Shown here: piece after piece, positions 51,901 to 61,320 of the stretch
How the letters are laid out: every line of letters begins with the position of its first letter
Numbering within the stretch: the first letter of the stretch is position 1
Source: Macrostomum hystrix
Taxonomy: Eukaryota; Animalia; Platyhelminthes
Direction of reading: 5' to 3'
DNA length: 64,000 bases
NCBI GenBank assembly: GCA_950097015.1
Contig: CATNEN010000012.1
Location: forward strand, 310,001 to 374,000
Translations under genes and position numbers: made by a program
The notes under the pieces: model-generated
Seen by the model: only the letters and a program-made list of their open reading frames with translations
Database searches by the model: none
Told to the model about the DNA's origin: nothing

Positions 51901-52415
51901 TGTAACAAAAACACTTTCTCATGGCCTGCAGTCTCCCTTTCCTTGCCCATCTACTCTTTTCCCCTGTTCCCCAGCCTCTCAGAGCGTCCCGGTGTAGGGG
52001 AACCCAATTCCAGAGTGCATTGTTAGTTTCATAACTCCTAAGCCTTCACCATTCGCCGGCGGTACAGAAGCTCAACCGGCGTCAGAAGAGCTTCGAACTA
52101 GTTGCCACCAGCCTGAGCTCAGATGAGCTAGAAAAATTCCGCGTCATCCTGACCCGCGACTACACCAGCTCGGACGAGGAGTGCGGCTCCGGCGGCTCCG
52201 ACCAGCTGCGGGTGCGCGAACTGTCCTGGGAGTCGGACGAGGTCAAACGATTGAAACGCCAACTGGATCAGGTCTACATGGACAATTGCGCCACCACCAA
52301 GCAGAAGCAGCAGCTGAGCCGCTGCATCCGGGATCCGCTGCGCTCCAGGTCGCAGCGCCCGCCGCCAGACGGCGCTCCCGACTGGGCGCTGAAGCCGCCG
52401 ATGAGGAAGACCTAA
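42999..52415 (+). CDS. Paralogue B of the C14orf93-like protein. Exons 42999-43421, 43961-44241, 44872-44969, one of 13 alternative exons, 52068-52415
   Basis: Homology to paralogue A; phases 0, 2, 1, then 0 after the cassette; the 98-nt exon matches A in length and phase; last exon KLNRRQKSFEL..YTSSDEE..VRELSWES..*. Confidence 0.87.
43470..43790. repeat. About 44-bp minisatellite in paralogue B intron 1 (GGTAATAGTCTAGGGATAACTGATCTGGGTCTTTGTCTTCCTCT)
   Basis: About 7 direct repeats. Confidence 0.9.
44590..44815 (-). mobile_element. tRNA-derived SINE family 2
   Basis: Reverse complement starts GTAGCCTAGTGGTT (A box) .. GGGTTCGATTC (B box), then AAATGGGTGCCAGCATTAGCTGG; related to 49830-50140. 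Confidence 0.75.
45764..45834 (+). CDS. Paralogue B alternative exon B1 (71 nt): (R)LLRRCVAMFAEFRRDMRLRLRNS
   Basis: TTGTAG| ... |GTAAGT; phase 1 to 0; two codons shorter but keeps FxxF..RxRxR. Confidence 0.7.
46240..46316 (+). CDS. Alternative exon B2 (77 nt): (K)LPKDGRISFIFSSFRLNARNRLKSY
   Basis: ATTTCAG| ... |GTAAGT; open frame in phase 1. Confidence 0.85.
46529..46605 (+). CDS. Alternative exon B3 (77 nt): (K)LPKEGRIPIIFKSFRTDAKKRFKAL
   Basis: ATTTCAG| ... |GTAAGT. Confidence 0.85.
47047..47123 (+). CDS. Alternative exon B4 (77 nt): (R)LPSENRTSTVFSKLRFSSRHTLKLN
   Basis: ATTTCAG| ... |GTGAGA. Confidence 0.82.
47385..47461 (+). CDS. Alternative exon B5 (77 nt): (N)LPYKARPDRVFCHIRSALRAKYREN
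   Basis: TTGCAG| ... |GTAAGG. Confidence 0.83.
47846..47922 (+). CDS. Alternative exon B6 (77 nt): (K)LPYASRTIFLFIDLRRKMRFRFRSF
   Basis: TTTGCAG| ... |GTAAGC. Confidence 0.84.
48116..48192 (+). CDS. Alternative exon B7 (77 nt): (N)LPKDSRINYLHSNFGTKIRAKYRIS
   Basis: CTTGCAG| ... |GTAAGT. Confidence 0.85.
48322..48398 (+). CDS. Alternative exon B8 (77 nt): (R)IPTPCRPLYIFQNFRSRSRMKLRLN
   Basis: Weak AAAAAG| acceptor, strong |GTAAGT donor; motif conserved. Confidence 0.75.
48605..48681 (+). CDS. Alternative exon B9 (77 nt): (R)IPCRGRILYMFSDFSLKARSKFKQL
   Basis: TTTTCAG| ... |GTGAGT. Confidence 0.85.
48844..48920 (+). CDS. Alternative exon B10 (77 nt): (N)LPKAGRLSVIFSDFKRQVHDKYRGL
   Basis: ATTGTAG| ... 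|GTAAGA. Confidence 0.85.
49400..49476 (+). CDS. Alternative exon B11 (77 nt): (R)LPKAGRLCEIFRDFGKQIRTKLRLS
   Basis: AATGCAG| ... |GTAAAT. Confidence 0.86.
49540..49785 (-). mobile_element. SINE family 1 copy 3 (partial) inside the exon array
   Basis: Same reverse-complement head and hairpin as 6386-6712. Confidence 0.85.
49830..50140 (+). mobile_element. SINE family 2 copy with a central CACCCAGCTGTAAAATGGGTACC block (resembles Deu/Nin-domain SINEs)
   Basis: tRNA-like head (GTTCGAACC), conserved central block, A/T tail; superfamily label is from memory. Confidence 0.7.
50206..50282 (+). CDS. Alternative exon B12 (77 nt): (R)LPKTGRLCEIFWDFGKQIRLKLRLT
   Basis: ACTGCAG| ... |GTAATT; 13 mismatches to B11. 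Confidence 0.86.
50503..50579 (+). CDS. Alternative exon B13 (77 nt): (R)LPRTSRMIDIFWDFRKIMRSKLRNQ
   Basis: TGCACAG| ... |GTAATT. Confidence 0.86.
50800..51872. repeat. 23-bp pyrimidine-rich minisatellite (CAGCTGAATCCCTTCCCTCCGTT) in the last intron of paralogue B
   Basis: About 46 direct repeats. Confidence 0.97.
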
Positions 52416-54564
52416 GAACCTCCTGCCCTTTGCAGCCTTCGATTTGACAGTTATTATCTATTTTATGGCTAACAAAAAAAATCTCTTCAGCCCTCTAAAT
52501 TCTGCCTATTTAACTAGCCCAATACTATTGAAGCCATCCTGTTTTATTTGCTTGTCCCCGATGTCTGCTAAGGCCGCATCTGATCGAGGTCAGTGAACTA
52601 ATTATGTTTCATTTTTAATTTATGTTTCAATTATACCGTAAAGAAGACTGATGCATATTTATAGGACATCATTTACAAATCTAGTTTTTTACAGTGAGTC
52701 ATGTGTAATTTCATAGTTTTACTACATTTTATTGCATATTCCCATATTAACTATGATTGCACTCGCTCTATCGTATGCCTATTAATGTGTGCCCCGTCTC
52801 TCAGTTTTATGTTTTTATTTTCTGGCGCGCTCACCTTCAATCTGACTAATAACATTATTAGCAATTGTTTGTTGTGCAATGCTCCTCACACATGTATTTG
52901 CATTTTCTATTCTCCTCTCTGTTCGTGGGTTTCAGTTTGTTTTACCGATCTTGTGCACGATATCCTTGAATCAGGCGTCAATTTTTGTTTATTAATAACA
53001 ATTCGTGCTTGACAGTCGGTCCAACTCATCCTACTCGGTAGTAGTATGCGCTGATTATTCTTGTTGTGGTCATTTGGCATTGTGTAATGCACACTCTGAC
53101 AATGCATTCATTCATTTCTTATACAAATAAATAATAACATTAAGGACACTGACAAGACACTGACATAGCAGACGGTTCGGCTATCTGGCGAAATTCTGGC
53201 AAAACCACGTAAAAGCATCGGTTTATTAAATTTATTAGCTTCAATTTGGTTTGGTTAATTCGTGCTGCTTTGCGCTCAGAGCCTGACAACTGTGCATACA
53301 TCCTCCTGCACCCAACTGGCGCCTCTTGAGTAGTACACTTGAGTAGTACACTTTCAATGCGTGCTTGGGAGGAAATGTACACAGCTGACCACTGCTGAGC
53401 TCGAGTCTGGGATTGCGCAATCTTGGATTGGGGAGGATTTCTCTGGGCCATGGGAAGAGCAATTTTTTTGCTATTGCGGTTGAGTACAACTCAGCCGAAC
53501 TTACCTCAAGGATCGAGTTAGTTTTGAGCAGCTGTGCCAGCTCAGGTGTCTAGCTATTGCGCCATTCTCTTTTAGCAGAGGCGAACTGGTGGGCTGGCAC
53601 TGGGACTGCTCCAGCGCATAAATACTCGCAGTAATGCCAGCAGCCACCCCGCCTCCACTGCGGTGCAATTGGGGCGGTCGTGTCCTAGCGGTCCCGAGCT
53701 AATAGCAGCAAGCTGGCAAACAATCTGTTGCCGCAAATTCTTCAAATTGGCTGTTATCGCGGTACTTGAAACTGCTTGGCCTCACTTGCATGACTGACTG
53801 GGCCTTGCGCTGATAAAGCCTATCTCTCGGGTCTCTGCAGTGTCTCCCTGCTATCTGGCCTGGGCTAGTGTGATCCTTCATTGTTGCATTGGGTTCAGGC
53901 TCAGCTTCAGATTGGCTCTGTGCAAGTGCACGCGCATATAGCCCCCCACATAGCCACAGGTCGACTTGGCACGCTACGCGCGCAATTCATTCCCCCTGTC
54001 TCTCAACAGCATTTCTATACTTTCTTCTCTTATCCTCTCTCCCCTTTCTTAAAAAAATTTCCTGCTATCTCGCGCTGCATATCTTTCTGATCGCGAAAGC
54101 GCTGCGGGTGTAGCGCCGATCATCGAAGACTGAATATAGTTGACACGTGTATTTCAGCTCTGGCGTGGTTGCGCTGGGGCGAGCTAGTACAGACTACCAC
54201 TTCTGAGCATAGGAGAGGTGGCTGGCAACTTGCTCACTGCATGCATGAGCAGCATTGTAGTTTTTACCTATCTGCTGGAATTTAGCCAAAGCTTACCTGA
54301 CAGCAGAAGCTGCTTACTCGTATCAGCGCGAGTGTGCCGATTAATTTTCAGGCTAAACGGCTAAGCAAGAATATCTTTAAGATTAGAAACAGTTCACTTT
54401 GTGGCTGTTAGCAGTTCTTCTTTTTGTTCGATTGCTTTGAGCACGTTGAGACTGCAACATGCCATGCAAACATGTTATGTTGTTATAATACTCGGAATTA
54501 TAGTGTATAAATATACCTCTCCTCCCTGTGCATCATTCATGTACAGGTAATAATGTATTTTTTG

Positions 54565-55722
54565 ACATGCTAGACAGGCACTGACATGTTAGACAGGCAT
54601 TAACATGCTAGACAGGCACTGACATATTAGACAGGTGCTGACATGTTAGACAGACACTGACATGCTAGACAAGCGCTGACATGTTAGACAGGCACTGACA
54701 TGTTAGACAGACACTGACATGTTAGACAGACACTGACATGTTAGACAGACACTGATATGTTAGACAGGCATTAACATGCTAGACAGGCGCTGACATGTTA
54801 GACAGGCACTGACATGTTAGACAGACACTGACATGTTAGACAGACACTGACATGTTAGACAGACACTGATATGTTAGACAGACACTGATATGTTAGACAG
54901 GCATTAACATGCTAGACAAGGCGCTGACATGTTAGACAGGCACTGACATGTTAGACAGACACTGACATGTTAGACAGACACTGACATGTTAGACAGACAC
55001 TGATATGTTAGACAGACACTGATATGTTAGACAGGCATTAACATGCTAGACAGGCGCTGACATGTTAGACAGGCACTGACATTTTAGACAGGCACTGACA
55101 TTTTAGACAGGCGCTGACATGTTAGACAGGCGCTGACATGTTAGACAGACACTGACATGTTAGACAGACACTGATATGTTAGACAGGCGCTGACATGTTA
55201 GACAGGCGCTGACATGTTAGACAGGCGCTGACATGTTAGACAGGCACTGACATTTTAGACAGGCGCTGACATGCTAGACAGGCACTGACATGTTAGACAG
55301 GCACTGACATGTTAGACAGGCACTGACATGCTAGACAGGCGCTGACATGTTAGACAGGCACTGACATGTTAGACAGGCACTGAAATTTTAGACAGGCACT
55401 GACATTTTAGACAGGCGCTGACATGTTAGACAGGCACTGACATGTTAGACAGGCACTGATATGTTAGACAGGCACTGACATGTTAGACAGGCATTGACAT
55501 GTTAGACAGGCACTGACATGTTAGACAAACACTGACATGTTAGACAGACACTGATATGTTGTATCAGTGTCTGACACAGACACTGACAGGCATTAACATG
55601 CTAGACAGGCGCTGACATGTTAGACAGGCACTGACATATTAGACAGGTGCTGACATGTTAGACAGACACTGACATGCTAGACAAGCGCTGACATGTTAGA
55701 CAGGCACTGACATGTTAGACAG
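54565..55722. repeat. 19-bp minisatellite (TGACATGTTAGACAGGCAC)
   Basis: About 60 direct repeats with block re-duplication. Confidence 0.96.
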
Positions 55723-57535
55723 AACCACTCGTTTTCTTTTGCCACCATTCAAACAGTCAAAAATCCCAGTTTAATCCAAAATTTTCCCTTTACTGACGTC
55801 CCCCATTTTTCAAAAGCGAAAACATCTTATAGTCTAATAGAAAACGTTTCTCTATAAACAAGCTATTGACACGCTATTCGGTTGCTTACTTGCATCAACT
55901 TTATAGATGTTTGGATTAAGTATAGCACTGTAGATTAGGCTTTGGACGGCATATCCTGCAGTGGTCACACTCGTTTGGATGCTAAATTGCTAATGCAGTG
56001 CGATTGCTGCCTGATGCAATGGCAGCATTCCATAAATGCGTTACCCTCAGGTGTGGATCAGCTCGTGTTGTGTGCGCGTCTGTTTGTGCTAAACTGTACG
56101 CATATGCTTAGTCTAAAACGATGTTTCCTTTTAAAGGAAGCCCTTTGCTAAAATGATGTTAGGAAGCAGATGCTGCAGTCAGAACTTATTGCGCGCATGT
56201 CAAGGCAGGAAAATACACAATATGAGCGTACACCGATTCTGTTTAGATTTGTAAGTTAGACAGTAATTCAAAATCTGTCGCTGAGATCAAATTCAAAGAA
56301 AAATTGTTGATAACTTTATCTTTGCCGTTTTAAGTAGATATTCCGTATACAATTTTTTTATAGCTAGATTCTATACTGAATGCCAGTTGCAGAAAAACGT
56401 GTGACAATGAGACATGTCTGAGCCTATGGGCAGTTCATTAAAGCTCGCAAATTCAAGCAAATACATTAATTTCCTTTGATTTTTTCTCGAAGGCAATGAG
56501 GGATATTGTATCAATCAGTGGGGTTTAGGACGTGTCATCTGTAATGATTCACTAACCTCAATATTTAAAGTTTGAAGTCTGGGATTACTCACGGACTAAA
56601 AGACAGCACTCTCGGTACAGCAAGATCATTCTCAAACATGCTCAAAACACAGCACATAATTGTAGTGTTGTGTTGTGTTTGTGTGGCTCTGTGAATTTTT
56701 TGCATACCTTTATGTCCAGAAAAACTGTGCGGCTTACGTCAAGCGCTACTATTAGTAGAGCTGAACGAGCTATATGTTTGTCTAATAAAGAAAGTCTTAA
56801 TTTACGCTATAGAAATAAAAACAGGGAACTATAAGCAAAATAAATATAGTTAAACAATTTAAAATCGGTAGTTAAATATTTCGTTTTTACATAATTTAAA
56901 TGGTTGATAAAATGAGTAAGATACAAATGGGACGAATCAAAGCAGAGGCGAGTCAAGGTCAGGAATGCAGGAAAGCCGAAAACTGTTTACTTAATCGCTA
57001 GTCGGAGATCGTCTAGTCGGAGATAAAAGACATTTGCTTTTGCTTGTTTTGCATCGTATCCCCCCAGCCTTTAAGAAAAAGGCTGACCAGAGGTCGGACT
57101 TCCCTTCGATTGTTTTTAAGCTGCCCAGATTCCAGTATCATAATACGAGCTTAATAGGACTTAAGGCTGGACTTGTTTATAACAACACTTCAATCTGTTA
57201 GTCCGCTTGCATTCTCTGGACATCTGTACTAAGATCCGAGGTGTCAGCTTCCCACAGTTTCCTGTCTAGCTCAAGGAGAAGAGCCTGTGGCTTTGTTTAC
57301 TTCTCGCCACATTTAAATTTTTCAAGCCACCAACCTAAGAGGGAAAGAAATGCCTAAGAGCGGATTGGTTGGATGAGATCCGACTTCTCGGATTGGCTGA
57401 GAACCAATTTTATGCCGAACTTGAATCCGCCATGGGGAAGGGCTGTTTGAGACTCACTTTCAGCACTCGGGTTTTTTAAGTCCCTTAGAGTTAGATTTGC
57501 CGGCATTTTAATTTTGTTGTCGCATCGAATAGAAG

Positions 57536-58696
57536 ATGTCTAGCGTTACTTACTGTGGGCAACTTAGCGAAGCTAAACAGCGTCAAGTGTGCGCTCTTGC
57601 TGTCAGAGAGCTACACCAACTCGGAATACAGCTTCCGAAGTCAAAGCTCTCAGCCCCAAATGAAAGCAAAACTAAGTGCTTTGGTCGACCGCTGCATCAG
57701 CAAGCTATGACATTAGTTGAAGGTATCGGTAAAGTTCCAACGGTTCTAGTCACCTGCTGCTCCTATATAACAGGCTTTCTAGAAACAGAAGGCCTGTTCC
57801 GAGTGGAGGGCTCAAAAGTGCGTCAGAGGGACCTGAAACTGCGCCTAGACAAAGGATTGCCTATTATGGAGACCACGCCTGTTCATGACGTCTGCTCAGT
57901 GCTGAAAGCGTGGCTCAGAGAGCTGCCTGAACCACTGATACCTCGCGAATTGTCCAAGATTTTGCTGCAGGCACCCAAAAAGCGAAAACTTGACATGCAA
58001 GTTCACATTCTGCGCCTTGGTTGCCTGCTTTTGCCAAGCTGCCAACTGTTCGCCTTACGCTATCTCTGCTTGTTCTTAAAGCGCGTTTCAGCAACTCGCA
58101 AAAATCGTATGCCAGCTCCCAATCTTGGCGCCTGTCTGGGGCCGAGCCTGATTCAACCGCTGGAAGGCACAATGGAGCTGCTAGGTCGCATTAACAGCAT
58201 TGCGACCCTGCTTATAGATTTCGCACACGAGATCGGCTTATGTCCAGCAGCATGGGTGGAGCCTTGGACAGAACAGTGGGCTGAGTTACCTCAGCAGCCG
58301 CAGCAGCGGGACATTAGTCAGCGTAGTCGCAGCGCTTCCTTCGGCCAACGCGCTCTTCGCCTAGTCGGCCGTGCGGTTAGCCGCATCGCTAGCCGATCGC
58401 GAAGTCGCAGCCCGCGAATGAAACAGCGGCAGAGCCTTGAAGACGATGATGACACCAGCGAGGCCGGTATGCCGCTAGTCGGCTCCAATCTCGCCTGCCA
58501 GACACCAGTCGGGACTTCCAAGCGTCGCCTTCCAGTGATAGTCCACCAGGGCCAGCGCGACTGTAGCACCAGTCCGGCTGCAAAGCGACGCCACTTCCTG
58601 ATGCGCCGGCTGGGGTCTGTTCGTCAAATCCACGGGCACGGCTTCATTGAAATATTGCCGGCGCCTCCGCTGGTTTCCTTTCGGCAAGGTGAATGA
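57536..58696 (+). CDS. Rho GTPase-activating protein, ARHGAP11-like, single 386-aa ORF
   Basis: CFGRPL..VPTVLV..LETEGLFRVEGS (arginine finger) ..HDVCSVLKAWLRELPEPLIP..LRYLCLFLKRVS..NRMPAPNLGACLGPSL. A possible donor AAG|GTGAAT at 58690 could extend the C-terminus. Confidence 0.88.
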   Translation: MSSVTYCGQLSEAKQRQVCALAVRELHQLGIQLPKSKLSAPNESKTKCFGRPLHQQAMTLVEGIGKVPTVLVTCCSYITGFLETEGLFRVEGSKVRQRDLKLRLDKGLPIMETTPVHDVCSVLKAWLRELPEPLIPRELSKILLQAPKKRKLDMQVHILRLGCLLLPSCQLFALRYLCLFLKRVSATRKNRMPAPNLGACLGPSLIQPLEGTMELLGRINSIATLLIDFAHEIGLCPAAWVEPWTEQWAELPQQPQQRDISQRSRSASFGQRALRLVGRAVSRIASRSRSRSPRMKQRQSLEDDDDTSEAGMPLVGSNLACQTPVGTSKRRLPVIVHQGQRDCSTSPAAKRRHFLMRRLGSVRQIHGHGFIEILPAPPLVSFRQGE

Positions 58697-60129
58697 GCTA
58701 AGTGAGACTTGAGTTATTTTGTAACTTTAAAATAAACTTCAAGTCAAATATTTGAAATATTCAAAACTGAATTGCACTTTTCTAATTGAGCGTCTTTTCT
58801 AAATTGTTAGCATCCTATTTTCCCGATTTTAATATAGAAAAAGCATGCAAATCAATTACACGTGTTAAATTGTTAATGCACATCCGACCTTTATTCTTTT
58901 AATCGTGTCTACTTATGTAGGAACTGTTGCATGCTGACTTTTTCATTGCAAAAAGGAAACTTTTCAATTTGATTGGCTTGAGGTATAGCCTCGCTGTCCA
59001 TATACATTATTTTCGTATATTTATTGTCCCAAATCAAGGCCACTGACGTATATATGCGTATGCTTGTTTGAAAGTCCTATTATGAATGCTTATAGTTGAG
59101 ACAAACTATAAATTTGACTGTGTCGATCACTTATTATGTGTTTTATTATTAAGTGTATTATTAGTAAGTTTTTTATCTTAAATACACGATCAACTGCCCT
59201 GTGTTTTGTTCTAGTTTTATATACAATTAGTAAAGCTATCTCTGCTTTGATATTTTGCTTCCATTGGGTTTTTAGAGAAAAATCGACTTTTAAAGACGAT
59301 AGGATTTCTGGCTTTGTTGCAAAATAGCATTGCTGACAGGTTCCTGGGTGCTATTCTGTGTCATTTTGTCTGAGGTATTTGCTGAGCATGCTCTGGAGTC
59401 TAGTGGACCTTATCGGGTATTGATCTCTTCGATGGGGCAAATTATTACACGCATATTGTGAGTGCTATTGCACTGTCAGGTCAAGACTCACAAATTATTG
59501 GTTTTAAGCTGATTGCATGAAAAATTTCACACCTTTCCTTAAATTTCCACCTGGCCTAAACCTTTGTAATTAGTTTTATTGCCAAATAAGTAGGTGTTAT
59601 TGTATGATTTACGATACAGGTGCGCGGGTATATTGCAGATAATTTTATTATCTCTTTGATCGCGCCGACGCACCAGACTTGATAACTCACGTTCTCTGAA
59701 AATTCAACTCTTCCAAATAATCTACTGTGACCCAAAATAAGATAATTGATATACTATATACAAATACTAATTTTAATTAGTTTAATTTTAATTTGACTAA
59801 TTGTGCCGTCTCAAATGGCTCTGAAAATATTGAATTGGAGCTGAATCGGATGCTGAAAGAATATATAATGGTCAAACTTGAAAGGGAGGATAGGCGTGGC
59901 TTTAAATACTTGTTATAGGAGGCGTACTAGCTCGTATTATATAGTACGCCATATGCAGTTTCAAAATTACTCTGGGGCCCAAAGGGCCCAGAACTCTCGA
60001 TTCGTGGAATGAAATAATAGTTCAATGTACAAGCTTAGCTGCTGCGTACAGAAGATCACGAATCTCTGTTCTTTTATGAAATCCAAACCTTTTATTATGA
60101 GCCATGTGAGACTGTTGCGATACTAATGA

Positions 60130-61320
60130 CGGGAGAGATGAGACAGGGGATTATTGAGAGGTCAGATAGGGGAGAGATGAGAAGGAATCGAGAGGTCAGT
60201 TAGGGGGAGATGAGAATGAGGATCAAAATTTCAGATTGGGGAGAGATGAGAATGGCGATCAAAAGGTCAGATAGGGAAGAGATGAGAATGGGGATCAAAA
60301 TTTCAGATTGGGGAGAGATGAGAATGGGGATCAAAATTTCAGATTGGGGAGAGATGAGAATGGGGATCAAAATTTCAGATTGGGGAGAGATGAGAATGGG
60401 GATCAAAAGGTCAGATAGGGGAGAGATGAGATGGGATCGAGAGGTCAGATAGGGGAGAGATGAGAATGGGGATCAAAAGTTCAGTTTGAGGGGAGATAAG
60501 AATGGGGATCAAAAGGTCAGATTGGGGAGAGATGAGAATGGCGATCAAAAGTTCAGATTTGGGGGGAGATAAGAATGGGATCAAAAGGTCAGATTGGGGA
60601 GAGATGAGACTGCAGGATCAAAAGGTCAGATTGGAGAGATGAGAATGGGGATCAAAAGTTCAGATTAAGGAGAGATGAGACTGGGGATCAAAAGGTCAGA
60701 TAGGGGAGAGATGAGATGGGATCGAGATTCGAGAGGTCAGATAGGGGAGAGATGAGAATGGCGATCAAAAGGTCAGATTGGGGAGAGATGAGACTGGGAT
60801 CAAAAGGTCAGATTGGGGAGAGATGAGACTGGGATCAAAAGGTCAGATTGGAGAGATGAGAATGGGGATCAAATGTTCAGATTAAGGAGAGATGAGACTG
60901 GGGATCAAAAGGTCAGATAGGGGAGAGATGAGATGGGATCGAGAGGTCAGATAGGGGAGAGATGAGAATGGCGATCAAAAGGTCAGATTGGGGAGAGATG
61001 AGACTGGGATCAAAAGGTCAGATTGGGGAGAGATGAGACTGGGATCAAAAGGTCAGATTGGAGAGATGAGAAGTGGGATCAAATGTTCAGATTAAGGAGA
61101 GATGAGACTGGGATCAAAAGGTCAGATTGGGGAGAGATGAGACTGGGATCAAAAGGTCAGATTAAGGAGAGATGAGACTGGGATCAAAAGGTCAGATTGG
61201 GGAGAGATGAGACTGGGATCAAAAGGTCAGATTGGAGAGATGAGAAGTGGGATCAAATGTTCAGATTAAGGAGAGATGAGACAGAGGATGAGACAGGGGA
61301 GAGATAGAGATGAGACCGTA
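60130..61320. repeat. About 33-36-bp purine-rich compound minisatellite (GAGATGAGAATGGGGATCAAAAGGTCAGATTGGGGA)
   Basis: Direct repeats with variants. Confidence 0.94.
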
